Position numbers and translations under genes: made by a program
The notes under the pieces: model-generated
Seen by the model: the letters and a program-made list of their open reading frames with translations, nothing else
What the model was told of the DNA's origin: nothing
Databases searched by the model: none
Assembly (NCBI GenBank): GCA_051003655.1
Contig: JBPCLD010000097.1
Span: 1-27,954, forward strand
DNA from: Candidatus Limnocylindrales bacterium
GTDB lineage: Bacteria > Chloroflexota > Limnocylindria > Limnocylindrales > CSP1-4
Direction of reading: 5' to 3'
Length of the DNA: 27,954 nucleotides
Shown: positions 1-9,057 of the stretch, piece after piece
Layout of the letters: each line of letters opens with the position of its first letter
Position numbering within the stretch: position 1 is the first letter of the stretch

Positions 1-389
1 CGCTGGACGACTTCACTGTTGGGCACGTTGATAAAGGTGCGTGTTTGGCGGCCGCGGGGGAGCCTGTGTGAGGCGGCAGAGCCGCGAACGACGACGTGTG
101 CGCCGATTGGGTCGTAGTCACATTCCACCGCCACGACATCACCCTTGACCAGCGGCTCATCGGTGTGCTCGACCTGGGCAATGGTCGAGATCTCCACTTC
201 GGCTCCGATGCGCAGGCCCGTTCGATCGAGGATGTCCCGCTCGGGGTCGAGCAGGGTGATCGTGAACATCGGCGGCAGCTGGGTGTGCTCGTCGACGACG
301 ACCTGCTCGACGTGCGTCTCGAGCTCCGCATCAAGCTGCACACCGTCCACCTCGATGAGGCCACGTACGCCGTACTCGAAATCGTCCAT
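1..389 (-). CDS. vgrG: VgrG/Afp8-like spike (phage late control D-like) protein, N-terminal part; truncated at window edge
   Basis: Not in the ORF track. Hand translation from ATG at 389: MDDFEYGVRGLIEVDGVQLDAELETHVEQVVVDEHTQLPPMFTITLLDPERDILDRTGLRIGAEVEI...VVVRGSAASHRLPRGRQTRTFINVPNSEVVQ, open to position 1. Resembles the N-terminus of actinobacterial CIS VgrG-related proteins and lies directly after the LysM tube initiator. Confidence 0.85.
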   Translation of the reverse strand, partial: MDDFEYGVRGLIEVDGVQLDAELETHVEQVVVDEHTQLPPMFTITLLDPERDILDRTGLRIGAEVEISTIAQVEHTDEPLVKGDVVAVECDYDPIGAHVVVRGSAASHRLPRGRQTRTFINVPNSEVVQ

Positions 390-396
390 CAGCGCC

Positions 397-1101
397 CTAC
401 GAGATCCGGGCCGCGTCGCGCGCCAACGGCAAGAGCAACTGGGTGCCCGGCGCGACGCGCGTGGGATCGTCGATGTCGTTGAACTGGGCCAGCGCGCGCC
501 AGTACCTTGCCTGGCCGTACTCGGACCAGGCCACTGAATGAAGCGACTCGCCTTCGATCAGGACATGGACACGCAACCCGGCACGGCTGCCAGAAGTTGG
601 GTTCTGGCGGCGCGACGGGACGGGCACCTCTTCGAGCGAGATGTTGCAGGTGGCCCGTATCGGCGTGCCGTCCATCCGGAACATCGTGTAATTGGCGCTC
701 ACGCTGCTGAGGTAACCACGGAAGCCGGTCAGCACCTGGCTCGAGCCCCAGCGAAATCCCAGCAGAGGCGGCTGCGACACGCCCTTTGTCTTGACCGGGC
801 ATGGCTTGGTCCAGGTGAAGAGCGTCTCGACGTCCTCGGAGACATCCCCGAACAGATCCGAGAAGGCGTCGAAGAAGATGTCCATGGTCACGGAGCGTGG
901 GTTCGTCGATCGGTAAGTCGGCGGCGGGGTGGATTCCGCCTCGCTGGCGGTTGGATGCGTCCAGTCGGATGACTTCGTGAGCGTGAACTGCTCCGGGTTG
1001 TACTGGAACTTGAGCGACATCGGCACGCCCTTGCCCTTGACCACCTCGAGCGTCGCCTTTTCCAGCGCGAGGGACGGAATGTTCGGACCCAGCCTGCCCA
1101 T
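397..1101 (-). CDS. CIS tube initiator (Afp7/Pvc7-like) with C-terminal LysM-like domain
   Basis: C-terminal 234 aa of track ORF 397..1533. ATG at 1101 overlaps the upstream TGA (TGATG). Motifs FQYNPEQFTLTKS, LLGFRWG, MFRMDGTPIRATCNISLEE, then LysM-like GESLHSVAWSEYGQARYWRALAQFNDIDDP. Confidence 0.9.
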   Translation of the reverse strand: MGRLGPNIPSLALEKATLEVVKGKGVPMSLKFQYNPEQFTLTKSSDWTHPTASEAESTPPPTYRSTNPRSVTMDIFFDAFSDLFGDVSEDVETLFTWTKPCPVKTKGVSQPPLLGFRWGSSQVLTGFRGYLSSVSANYTMFRMDGTPIRATCNISLEEVPVPSRRQNPTSGSRAGLRVHVLIEGESLHSVAWSEYGQARYWRALAQFNDIDDPTRVAPGTQLLLPLARDAARIS

Positions 1102-1523
1102 CAGAAGGGACCCGCGAAGCCATTGTGGGAGAGCTCGAGGGTCTCGGTCGCCTGCTGGTTGCCATCGATGTCGAGCGTTGGACCCGACCAGCGGACGGGG
1201 TACACGCCGATCAAGTACCAGTCGGCGACGCTCGAACCGGTCGCGTCCATGACCGAGATCTGGCCCGTCCCGGGCAACGGAAATATCTGAACGCTCTGTA
1301 CCCACAGCGAGACGCGCGAGGTGTGCTCGTCGATGGGTCTCGTGAGCTTGATGTTCTCGAACTTGGCGCGGCCGGGCAGGCGGTGGATGAAGCCGTTCTC
1401 GCCCCCTTCCTTGTGCTCGTAGATGTCGTACTCGATCGACAGCCCATCGCACTTCTGCCAGTTGCCGAAGTCCTGGCCGTCGATGCTGACCTTGAAACGC
1501 AGGCCGAGCGCGGTCTCGGTCAT
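1101..1523 (-). CDS. Phage tail tube protein (T4 gp19-like, Afp5-like, second tube)
   Basis: RFKVSIDG..G.WQKCDGLSIE....EGGENGFIHRLPGRAKFENIKLTR and W.LIGVYPVRWSGPTLD...ATETLELSHNG are typical gp19-family eCIS tube motifs. Confidence 0.92.
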   Translation of the reverse strand: MTETALGLRFKVSIDGQDFGNWQKCDGLSIEYDIYEHKEGGENGFIHRLPGRAKFENIKLTRPIDEHTSRVSLWVQSVQIFPLPGTGQISVMDATGSSVADWYLIGVYPVRWSGPTLDIDGNQQATETLELSHNGFAGPF

Positions 1524-3337
1524 GGCAGGTCAACCATCAGGCCGGCGCGCTCGCGATCGACCAGGAGCTCGCGCCGCAGCCGGCGGCTGATGCGGCCGTA
1601 AAGCTGCCCCGCCAATTCCTCCAGCTCTGTCTCCGACTTCTTGCCGCTGCTGTCCGTGGCCGTGCCGCTCGAGCGCGGCTTCTCGGCGCCTTTGTCCTCT
1701 CGGGCGCGCTGGACACCGGGAAAATTGACCGTCGTCGTCTCGACGACGGAGGATGAGGCGCGGGCGCCATCTGCCGGCTTTCGCTGGGCTGCGGCCATGT
1801 CGTCTGGCCTGGATTCTTCGGTCTGCGTTGGCCGCGCCGGCGGCTGGGCGAGAGGCAGCTCGGGATGGTGCTCGGCAGCTGCTGCAGTCCGCTCGAGCTC
1901 CTGTCCATGGGACGTGTGCTCCTGCGGCAGTCGGCTTCCGTAGGCCCTCTGCTGGGCGACATGCGTCATCTCATGGGCGATGAGCGAGCGCGCTGCGACA
2001 GAGCCCATCGGTCCGGCGCTCGACGGCAGATAGATCTCCCCCTGGTGGGTGAATGCCTTGGCGTCGAGTGACTCGGCGAGCTCGGAGGCGAGGGTCCCGC
2101 GATGGACCTTTACCGGGCCACCGCCGACGGAGGCGGACCTGCCTTCCGCCTCGGCGCTATCGCGCGATGGGCGGGCTCGTGTCGCCGTCATCTGCGCGCG
2201 CTGGACGCGGGTACGCAGCGGACTGGCTGAAAGCAACGGCGCGCTGGGCAGCCTGGCGGCGGCACCAGTGCCGGCGGCGCCCACGAACCGCGTGGCGGTA
2301 CGACGCGCTGCGGAGGTTGGCTCTGGCGTGGGCGTGGGCGTCGCCGTCGCGGCTGACGCGGGCGCGGAGTCCGCCGGCTTGCGCTGCACTTCCGCGCGGG
2401 CCGGCAGGGGGAGCGGGGAGGCTCGGTCTGGTCCGGAGAGCGGTGCCGCGGTGACGGGCGCGGCGGTGATCGGAGCTCCGAGGCCCAACTTGCGCGACTG
2501 GCCAAGTGTCAACCGCGACGGTGCGCTGATTGGAGCCGTGGGCTCGCCACCTCCGCGGCCACGGCCACGGTCCGCGTCCGCCGGTTTGCGCGAGATGGGA
2601 CCGGCCAGTGGCGGCTTGGCAGGAGTGCGCTGGGCCACGGACGCTGATGGAGCCACGGCCGCCAAGTGCGCGGCGATCGGAGTAGGCCCGGCCAGGGTCG
2701 ACGCTGACGCCTGAGCTGCCAACCCCCTCGGTGTCGGCTGGCCGACAACACCCACCGCCCTGGTCGGCCCGAGGGCACCTTGATCGCGTTCGGACAGCCG
2801 CGCCAGCTTCAGCGGGGCGCGTTGAACCGCGGCGGCCGGGGGAATGGGGCGAGCACGCACCTGGGGCACCGCGCGCTCTTCGGCAAGCGCAGCAGGCAGG
2901 GGCGCGGGCATGGGCAGCGGGACAAGCTCGGCCTACGATGCCGGCTCGGGCGCCTGGGCCGACATCTCCGCGCCGGCTCGCACGTTTGGCCTCCGCTGCA
3001 GCAGGGGCCGCGCATCAGGCTCAGCCGCGCGTTGGACGGGCTTGGCCATGCCCACGACGATGCCGCTGGGAGCGTCGAGACCTCGGCCATGCCCCAACGG
3101 TGCCAGCACTGGCGGGGGCGGATGGCCGGCGCCCAGATCTGCGGCGAATGGCGCCGTCGGCGCGATCAGCGGCGGCGGCCCCACGGTTTCGGCCATCGGC
3201 GGTACCTGGCGCCACTCGGCCCGCCGCTCTGATTGCGCGCCGAATGGCAAGGGCGCAGGCGCGGACGCAGGTGCAGCCACCGCGCCACTCGACGCGGGTG
3301 CGCGCTGAAAGAGTCGGAACGGCCAGGACAGCCGCAT
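1520..3337 (-). pseudogene. Pro/Ala-rich DUF4157 (eCIS core domain) protein, interrupted by an in-frame TAG at 2933-2935 (split gene, nonsense allele, readthrough or sequencing error)
   Basis: Track ORFs 2933..3337 and 1520..2911 are in the same frame (...EPAS*AELVPLPMPAP...). The 3' part has the DUF4157-type motif AFTHQGEIYL...LIAHEMTHVAQQR (HEMTH at 1961-1975) and the C-terminal helix ELEELAGQLYGRISRRLRRELLVDRERAG seen in actinobacterial-type CIS loci. The downstream ORF may still be expressed from ATG 2911. Confidence 0.65.
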
Positions 3338-3343
3338 GCGGAG

Positions 3344-3502
3344 CTACTCCTCCTCGCTGAGGCGGCGATTGATGCTGGCGATCTCGTCGACGAAACGCTG
3401 CCGGTCGGCGTGCTCGAGATCCAGGATCTCGTCGAGCGACCAGTGGAAGTGGTAAGCCACGTACGCAACCTCCTCATACAGCCGCTCGGCTGCGTACGTC
3501 AT
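3344..3502 (-). CDS. DUF6760-like small CIS protein (52 aa)
   Basis: MTYAAERLYEEVAYVAYHFHWSLDEILDLEHADRQRFVDEI. ATG at 3502 overlaps the chaperone stop (ATGA). Confidence 0.88.
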   Translation of the reverse strand: MTYAAERLYEEVAYVAYHFHWSLDEILDLEHADRQRFVDEIASINRRLSEEE

Positions 3503-3924
3503 GACCCCCCCAGGCGCTCTCCTGCCATCTCCACCGTGAACTCGTGGTTGCACGCCGGACAGCTGACGGCCGCCTGGGTGGTGCCTTCCTGGTTGATCCG
3601 CTTGTAGAGGTCTTGCAGGAAGGCGAGGTCTGAGGCGAACATGTTCTCGACGATCCCCGGGTGAACCTCGCCGAGGCGGCCCAGGCGGGTGATCACGCGC
3701 GAGAGAAGGAGCACCGTGAGGTACGCCTCGTTCTCGCGGACGCGGGGATCGCGCTGCGGAACGATCTCGTCCTTGGCTGTTGCCAGGCGCATGACGCCGT
3801 CCCGATGGACGATGCCGGTTGTGTCGACGTAGCCGCGCGGCAGCAAGAACGGGAACTCGGTCCGCAGCTCGTTATCGGCTGCGGCCGCCGGCCCACCGCC
3901 GGACATGTTGGCCGGATTGATCAT
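3499..3924 (-). CDS. Phage tail assembly chaperone-like CIS protein
   Basis: TEFPFLLPRGYVD...HRDGVMRLATAKDEI.PQRDPRVRENEAYL.VLLLSRVITRLG...ENMFASDLAFLQDLY.RIN, ending in CPAC. Located directly after the tube gene. Confidence 0.88.
   Translation of the reverse strand: MINPANMSGGGPAAAADNELRTEFPFLLPRGYVDTTGIVHRDGVMRLATAKDEIVPQRDPRVRENEAYLTVLLLSRVITRLGRLGEVHPGIVENMFASDLAFLQDLYKRINQEGTTQAAVSCPACNHEFTVEMAGERLGGS
3505..3511 (-). other. Candidate -1 slippery heptamer G GGG GGG at the end of the chaperone gene
   Basis: mRNA reads CUG GGG GGG UCA UGA. The -1 frame is open into the DUF6760-like ORF. Confidence 0.4.
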
Positions 3925-3942
3925 GGCTTAACCCCGCTCGCA

Positions 3943-4398
3943 CTAAACGCGCTCGATGGACTCGGTGACGATCGAGACCTCTTCCATCAGCATCTCGTTC
4001 GCGCCGGCCTTGAGCGTGCCGGTACTGATCTTGGATACCCAGGCGTTGGTGAAGTTGTAGCGGCCGACCTCCGAGCCGTCGAAGCTCTTCAAGATGATCG
4101 AGCCGTTGCGCCGGGCGTCGCCAAGCTTGCCCTGCATCACCGCCTGGTGCCAGTCCCACAGCGCCGTGGACGAGTTCTTGGCTCGCTTGAGCGTGAGGGT
4201 GGCCGGCTTGACGGCGCCGGGGGCCTTGTGGATGACGAGCTTGCCGTCGAGGGTGTTCTCCTTGAGCTCGATTACGTCGACCTCGGAGGCGAGTCCGCTC
4301 AGTTCCGAGAACTGGGCGATCTCGGTCCGGTCGACCTCGATTGCGAAGGTGTACGACGCGAGTGCGTCAGAGGGGAGGTCGGGTAGGCCCTTGGCCAT
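3943..4398 (-). CDS. Major tail tube protein (T4 gp19-like, Afp1/Cis1-like)
   Basis: YTFAIEVD...FSELSGLASEV.VIE....LTLKR....LWDWH....ARRNGSIIL....RYNFTNAWVSK. AAAGGAG RBS upstream. Follows the sheath gene. Confidence 0.95.
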   Translation of the reverse strand: MAKGLPDLPSDALASYTFAIEVDRTEIAQFSELSGLASEVDVIELKENTLDGKLVIHKAPGAVKPATLTLKRAKNSSTALWDWHQAVMQGKLGDARRNGSIILKSFDGSEVGRYNFTNAWVSKISTGTLKAGANEMLMEEVSIVTESIERV

Positions 4399-4444
4399 CT
4401 GTCGGCTCCTTTTCGCTTTGTGCTAGCTGGTGAATCGGTGCCGC

Positions 4445-5971
4445 TTACTCGCTCAGCGCCGCGCCACCCGACATCTGCGCGATGCGGAAGACGACGAACT
4501 CGGCCGGCTTGACCGGCGCAATGCCGATCTCGACGACCAGCTGGCCGGCGTCAACCACCTCGGGCGGATTGGTCTCAGCGTCGCACTTGACGTAGAACGC
4601 CTCGCCCGGCGTTGCCCCGAAGAGGGCGCCGTCGCGCCAGACGCGAACGAGGAACGCGTTGAGCGTTCGCTTGACGCGCTGCCACAGGTTCAGGTCGTTC
4701 GGCTCGAAGACGACCCATTGAGTGCCCTCGAGGATCGACTCCTCGACGTAGTTGAAGAGCCGCCGGACGTTGAGGTAGCGCCATGCCGGGTCGCTCGACA
4801 GCGTCCTGGCGCCCCACACCCGGATGCCCCGGCCGGGGAACGCGCGGATGCAGTTGATGCCCGCTGGATTGAGCTGGTCGTGCTCGCCCTTGGTGATCTG
4901 CAGCTCCAGCGACAGGGCGCCGCGGATCGTCTCGTTGGCCGGCGCCTTGTGGACGCCTCTGGTGTCGTCGTTGCGTGCCCAGATGCCCGCCATGTGCCCG
5001 GACGGCGGCACGAACATGCCCGTGCCCGAGAGCGGGTCCTGGACCTTGATCCAGGGCCAGTAGAGCGTTGCGTACTTGGAGTCGTAGCCGACCTTGTCGA
5101 CACGCCACTCTCGCACCTGCTGGGCATTCAACCCTGGCGGCGCGTCGAGGATGGCGACCCGATCGCCCATCAGCTCACAGTGGGCAATCATCGCCTGCTG
5201 TACCGCCTGGACGCCTTCGAGGTCGATCGTGCCCTTCTGGTAGACGCCCATCAGGTCGGGCACCGCGAGCATGGTCACGGTATCGACTGCCTCCAAGCCG
5301 CCGAAACCGGTGCGGTCGGCTGAGTCGCCGACGTAGTCGTCGGGCGTCAGCCGAACCGGCTTCGCGCCGTCGGCGCCGGCGAGAGTGGTCTTGCCTCGAG
5401 CCGGGATGCGCTCGAGGGCGCCCGCGCTTCCGATCTCCTCGATCTGGATGAGCTTGGACTGCTCCTTGACCATCGTCACGACGTTGTTCTTGCCGCGCTT
5501 GGTACTGACGTTGTCATAGGTCTCTGTGTCGCGGCCGGGAGCGGTGACGGTGAGCTTGAACGTGTCCTCGGCGGCGTCGGCGGCCTCGGTGATCTCGACG
5601 TTGATCTGGTTTCCGGCCGGGCCGGACTCCAACGCGCTGATCCGATAGCCAGCAAGCTTGACGTCCTTCTGGCTCGCGATCTCGGCGCGTGCTGACGACA
5701 TCGGCGCGTCGCCTCCGATGCGTACGACGTAACAGGCGCCGCCGCCATTGAGGAAGTAGCCATAAACGGCGTGCCCGAGATACGCGCCTTCGGTGAAGTC
5801 GCCGAACGTGTTCACGAACTGTGACCAGTTGGTGACCAGCGTCGGTGCGTTCGTTGGTCCCGTGGCGGCCAGGCCGACGAACGCGGCAACGGCCGTGCCT
5901 ACGCCTTCGATCGGGCGCGATCCGGCCTCGACCTCCTCGACATAGACGCCGGGCGAGAGATAGTTCGGCAT
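4445..5971 (-). CDS. Contractile tail sheath protein (508 aa)
   Basis: True start MPNYLSPGVYVEEVEAGSRPIEGVGTAVAAFVG with GGAGG RBS (the track ORF extends upstream). Contains YATLYWPW, PPSGH.AGIWARND..RGVHKAPAN, GRGIRVWGARTLS, WRYLNVRRL and APVKPAEFV. Confidence 0.97.
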   Translation of the reverse strand: MPNYLSPGVYVEEVEAGSRPIEGVGTAVAAFVGLAATGPTNAPTLVTNWSQFVNTFGDFTEGAYLGHAVYGYFLNGGGACYVVRIGGDAPMSSARAEIASQKDVKLAGYRISALESGPAGNQINVEITEAADAAEDTFKLTVTAPGRDTETYDNVSTKRGKNNVVTMVKEQSKLIQIEEIGSAGALERIPARGKTTLAGADGAKPVRLTPDDYVGDSADRTGFGGLEAVDTVTMLAVPDLMGVYQKGTIDLEGVQAVQQAMIAHCELMGDRVAILDAPPGLNAQQVREWRVDKVGYDSKYATLYWPWIKVQDPLSGTGMFVPPSGHMAGIWARNDDTRGVHKAPANETIRGALSLELQITKGEHDQLNPAGINCIRAFPGRGIRVWGARTLSSDPAWRYLNVRRLFNYVEESILEGTQWVVFEPNDLNLWQRVKRTLNAFLVRVWRDGALFGATPGEAFYVKCDAETNPPEVVDAGQLVVEIGIAPVKPAEFVVFRIAQMSGGAALSE

Positions 5972-6070
5972 GCGATGCCCTCCGAATTTGTGCAGAGCGG
6001 ACTCGCCGAGGCTCCCATCGCCCGTGGCACGCGGATAGGTGCGGCCGGACCGCGATTCGGGAAGGCACGG

Positions 6071-6086
6071 CTGCCCGTTCGGGCAG
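6071..6086. promoter_or_regulatory. Inverted repeat CTGCCC-gttc-GGGCAG in the divergent sheath/DUF4255 intergenic region; candidate operator
   Basis: 6-bp arms with a 4-nt spacer. GGCTGCCCG recurs at 6069 and 6103. Confidence 0.4.
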
Positions 6087-6157
6087 CGCCGGTCGCCCCA
6101 ATGGCTGCCCGGTGTTCGGTTGCCGCATCCCTCGCGCGCGCGGAACCTGCCTATCCG

Positions 6158-6967
6158 ATGATCCACGACGTCGACGAATCGCTGCGCGCGCTTGTCCGCC
6201 GCGACGCCCTGAACGGTTCAGGGGTCGAGGTCGCCTTCGACGCGCCAACCAAGGAATGGGTGGCAAGGCGCAACTCGCCGGTTGTCGACCTCTACCTGTA
6301 CGACATCCGCGAGGACACGACCCGCCGCCAGACCTCGTGGGAGGACGTCAAGGATGAGACGGGGCGCGTCATCGAACGTCGCCTGCCGCCACGCAGATTT
6401 CGCTTGTCGTACCTGGTCACCGCCTGGACGCAGCGACCTGAGGACGAGCACCGGCTGCTTTCTGCGTTGCTCTCGTGCTTCGTGCGCCACGAGTTCATGC
6501 CGGCTGAAGTGCTCGCCGGCTCACTCGAAGGCGAGACCGTGCCGGTCCTGCTGACCGTCGCCCTGCCGCCGACGGAGGACCGCTCGATCGCAGATGTCTG
6601 GTCGGCCATGGGCGGCGAGCTCAAGCCGTCTCTGGACCTGGTCGTGACCGCGCCGATGAACATCGCGCGCAGCATCGAAGCCGGTCCGCCGGTGCTCGAA
6701 CTGCCGCGTCTCACCGTACTCGGGGCGGACGGCGTCGCCGAAACGACCGGCGATGGGCAGGCCGACCCGCCTGCGGCTGCCAGGACCACAGCGCCGAAGA
6801 CGTCACCCGGCAAGAAGCGCTCGGCGAGTGATTCGAAGGTTGTTCGACTGCCCGCCATCGCACCGGCTCCCGACGCACCCGAAGGCGTTCCCGACGAGGT
6901 GCTGGCCGCCGGCTCGCCCGACCAGCCAGGCCGGAGGATCAGGGTCCGCCAGTTCAATCGGCGATGA
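6158..6967 (+). CDS. DUF4255 / Pvc16 (Afp16-like) tail terminator/cap protein
   Basis: Start MIHDVDESLRALV at 6158. Motifs VAFDAPTKEW, VDLYLYDIRED, LSYLVTAW, EDEHRLL, WSAMGGELKPSLDLVVT. Low-complexity C-terminal tail. Confidence 0.92.
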   Translation: MIHDVDESLRALVRRDALNGSGVEVAFDAPTKEWVARRNSPVVDLYLYDIREDTTRRQTSWEDVKDETGRVIERRLPPRRFRLSYLVTAWTQRPEDEHRLLSALLSCFVRHEFMPAEVLAGSLEGETVPVLLTVALPPTEDRSIADVWSAMGGELKPSLDLVVTAPMNIARSIEAGPPVLELPRLTVLGADGVAETTGDGQADPPAAARTTAPKTSPGKKRSASDSKVVRLPAIAPAPDAPEGVPDEVLAAGSPDQPGRRIRVRQFNRR

Positions 6968-9057
6968 CCGAGCCGTTCGAATCGAGAGGAGGCCACGACA
7001 GGGCGCTGGAGCATCTGCTATTGCGGCTCGACCTGCTTTCAGCCCGTGTCCATGTCGCCGTCGCGCGTCGGCGGGAGCGAGATCCCGACCCGGAAGATCG
7101 TTTCCGCGGCCTGTACATCGGAGAGGCGGCGATCGACGATCTGCTCAGCACGCCCCGATCGTCGCTCTGGGACCCGTCCGCGGACGATATTTCGCGGCAG
7201 ATCGAGCAGCGCGCTGACGAATGGGAGGTCGAAGGCGAGCGCCTCCGTCTGCGCCGGTTGGCGGGCGCGTTCGCCCTCGATCTGGTCGACATCGACATCA
7301 TGCTCGTGGCGCTCGCCCCAGATCTCGATCCGCGCTTCGAACGCTTCTACGGGTACCTCCACGACGACGTGACGCGCAGGCGCGCGAGCGTGGGTCTCGC
7401 TCTCGAGCTGTCTGGGATAGAACCATCAAGCGCCGACGGTCGCTCTCGCCTTGCGCCATCCAGTGACCTTGTCGCGGGCGGGCTGCTGACCATCGAGGAT
7501 CCGGACCGACCGCTGCTCACGCGTGCCATTCGAGTCCCCGATCGCGTATCGGCGCACCTCGTCGGCGATGACTCCTTCGAGCCCGGCACCGCGGCCCAGT
7601 TGCTCGACGTTCCCTCTCGCGAGGGCACGGTGTGGGCGCCGCTCGACAACGCTCTCGCCAAGGGCATGTCGCCCGTTTATCTGCGCGAGCCGGGCGGAAC
7701 GTCGGCCGCATCGGTAGCCGCAGCATCGGTCGTGCGTGCCGGTCGGGTGCCACTGCTCGTCGACTTTGCCCGGCTGGTCGGCGCGCCAGACCCATTTGGC
7801 TCGGCCAACGCCGTGATTCGCGAGGCGAGAATGCGCGATTGGATCTTGGTTGGCGTGCCGGTCGACTCGCTGTTGGACCGAGCGCCGGGTGTAATCGACC
7901 TTTTCGCCGAGGCACTGTGCCCTGTTGTACTCGCTGGGGCGCGCGCGTGGGACCCGGCCTGGTCACGCGCCGTACCGCTGTTGCTGGAGGTGCCCCAGCC
8001 CACGGTCGCCGAGCGGGCGGATCAGTGGGCAGCAGCGCTCAACGGCCATTCGGCGGACCCTGCGCTGCTCCGGGCCACGATGGCCTTCCGGCTCACCCCG
8101 ATCCAGGTGGCCCGCGCTGCCAAGGCCGGCCGGATGTCGGCGAGCGCCTACGATCGCGAGGTCGAGGCGTTGGACGTCCAGGTTGGCGCACGCTCACAGA
8201 ACGCGGCGGGCCTCGATCGCCTCGCACATCGTGTCCAGCCACGGGCGAGCTGGAGCGATCTCGTCCTGCCCCATGGCGTCGTTCAGCAGCTGCAGGAGCT
8301 CGCGGCACGGGCGCGCCACCGTGAACGCGTCTACGACCAATGGGGCATCGGTGGCCGAGCGTCGCGCGGACGTGGCATCACGACGCTCTTTGCCGGTGAC
8401 TCAGGTACGGGCAAGACGCTGGCCAGCGAGGTCATCGCGGGCGAACTTGGGCTTGATCTCTACGTCATCGACCTCTCGACCGTGGTCGACAAGTACATCG
8501 GCGAGACCGAGAAGAACCTGGATCGCATCTTCGCCGAGGCAGACTGGGTCAACGGCGTATTGCTGTTCGACGAGGCAGACGCGATCTTCGGCAAGCGATC
8601 AGAGGTCAAGGACGCGCGCGACCGCTACGCGAACGTGGAGATCGCCTACTTGCTGCAGCGGATGGAACGATTCGACGGCCTTGCTGTTCTTACTACGAAC
8701 TTACGGGCGAATCTGGACGATGCGTTCACCCGACGGATCGACGTGATCGTGGACTTCCCGATGCCGGAGGACGACGACCGCCGCGCTCTGTGGGGGATGC
8801 ATCTACCGCCGGAGCTTCCGAAGGCGGACGACATCGACCTCGAATTCATGGCCCGCCAGTTCCGATTCAGCGGCGGCAACATCCGCAACGTCTGCCTGAC
8901 CGCTGCGTTCTTCGCGGCCGAAGGCGACCGACCGGTGACGATGGGCGACTTGATCCGTGGGACTGACCGCGAGTACCGCAAGCTCGGCCGCCTCACGGTC
9001 GAAGACGAGTTCGGCCAATACATGGCCCTGATGGCCGCAGAGCGCCAACCAGCGTGA
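6964..9057 (+). CDS. eCIS AAA+ ATPase (Afp15/Pvc15-like)
   Basis: Walker A GDSGTGKT (8395-8418), Walker B LLFDEAD, LDLYVIDLSTVVDKYIGETEKNL, LLQRME, TTNLRANLDDAF.RR. N-terminal LALAPDLD.RFERFYGYLHDD..RR motif typical of eCIS ATPases. Confidence 0.95.
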   Translation: MTEPFESRGGHDRALEHLLLRLDLLSARVHVAVARRRERDPDPEDRFRGLYIGEAAIDDLLSTPRSSLWDPSADDISRQIEQRADEWEVEGERLRLRRLAGAFALDLVDIDIMLVALAPDLDPRFERFYGYLHDDVTRRRASVGLALELSGIEPSSADGRSRLAPSSDLVAGGLLTIEDPDRPLLTRAIRVPDRVSAHLVGDDSFEPGTAAQLLDVPSREGTVWAPLDNALAKGMSPVYLREPGGTSAASVAAASVVRAGRVPLLVDFARLVGAPDPFGSANAVIREARMRDWILVGVPVDSLLDRAPGVIDLFAEALCPVVLAGARAWDPAWSRAVPLLLEVPQPTVAERADQWAAALNGHSADPALLRATMAFRLTPIQVARAAKAGRMSASAYDREVEALDVQVGARSQNAAGLDRLAHRVQPRASWSDLVLPHGVVQQLQELAARARHRERVYDQWGIGGRASRGRGITTLFAGDSGTGKTLASEVIAGELGLDLYVIDLSTVVDKYIGETEKNLDRIFAEADWVNGVLLFDEADAIFGKRSEVKDARDRYANVEIAYLLQRMERFDGLAVLTTNLRANLDDAFTRRIDVIVDFPMPEDDDRRALWGMHLPPELPKADDIDLEFMARQFRFSGGNIRNVCLTAAFFAAEGDRPVTMGDLIRGTDREYRKLGRLTVEDEFGQYMALMAAERQPA

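Noticed and set aside
389-1165. 258-aa minus-strand ORF overlapping the tube initiator
   Set aside because: Alternative-frame shadow ORF with no motifs. The frame ending at 397 carries the recognisable protein.
2933-2935. Pyrrolysine recoding of the in-frame TAG
   Set aside because: No pyl genes in the window, and TAG serves as an ordinary stop for several neighbouring genes (for example at 397, 3344 and 18747).
1-5971. Prophage tail or T6SS interpretation
   Set aside because: No capsid, portal, terminase, integrase, TssJLM or ClpV genes in the window. DUF4255, an Afp15-like ATPase and DUF4157 point to eCIS.
5514-7014. Long alternative ORFs 5514..6266 (-) and 6292..7014 (-), and upstream extensions of the sheath (to 6166) and DUF4255 (from 5975)
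   Set aside because: Arg/Pro/Ser-rich translations typical of GC-rich non-coding frames. Conserved N-termini fix the starts at 5971 and 6158.
8701-8703. Rare TTA Leu codons in the ATPase (8701) and effector 2 (13201) as bldA-type control
   Set aside because: Such control is specific to Streptomyces and relatives. The host is unknown, and two codons are not distinguishable from background.
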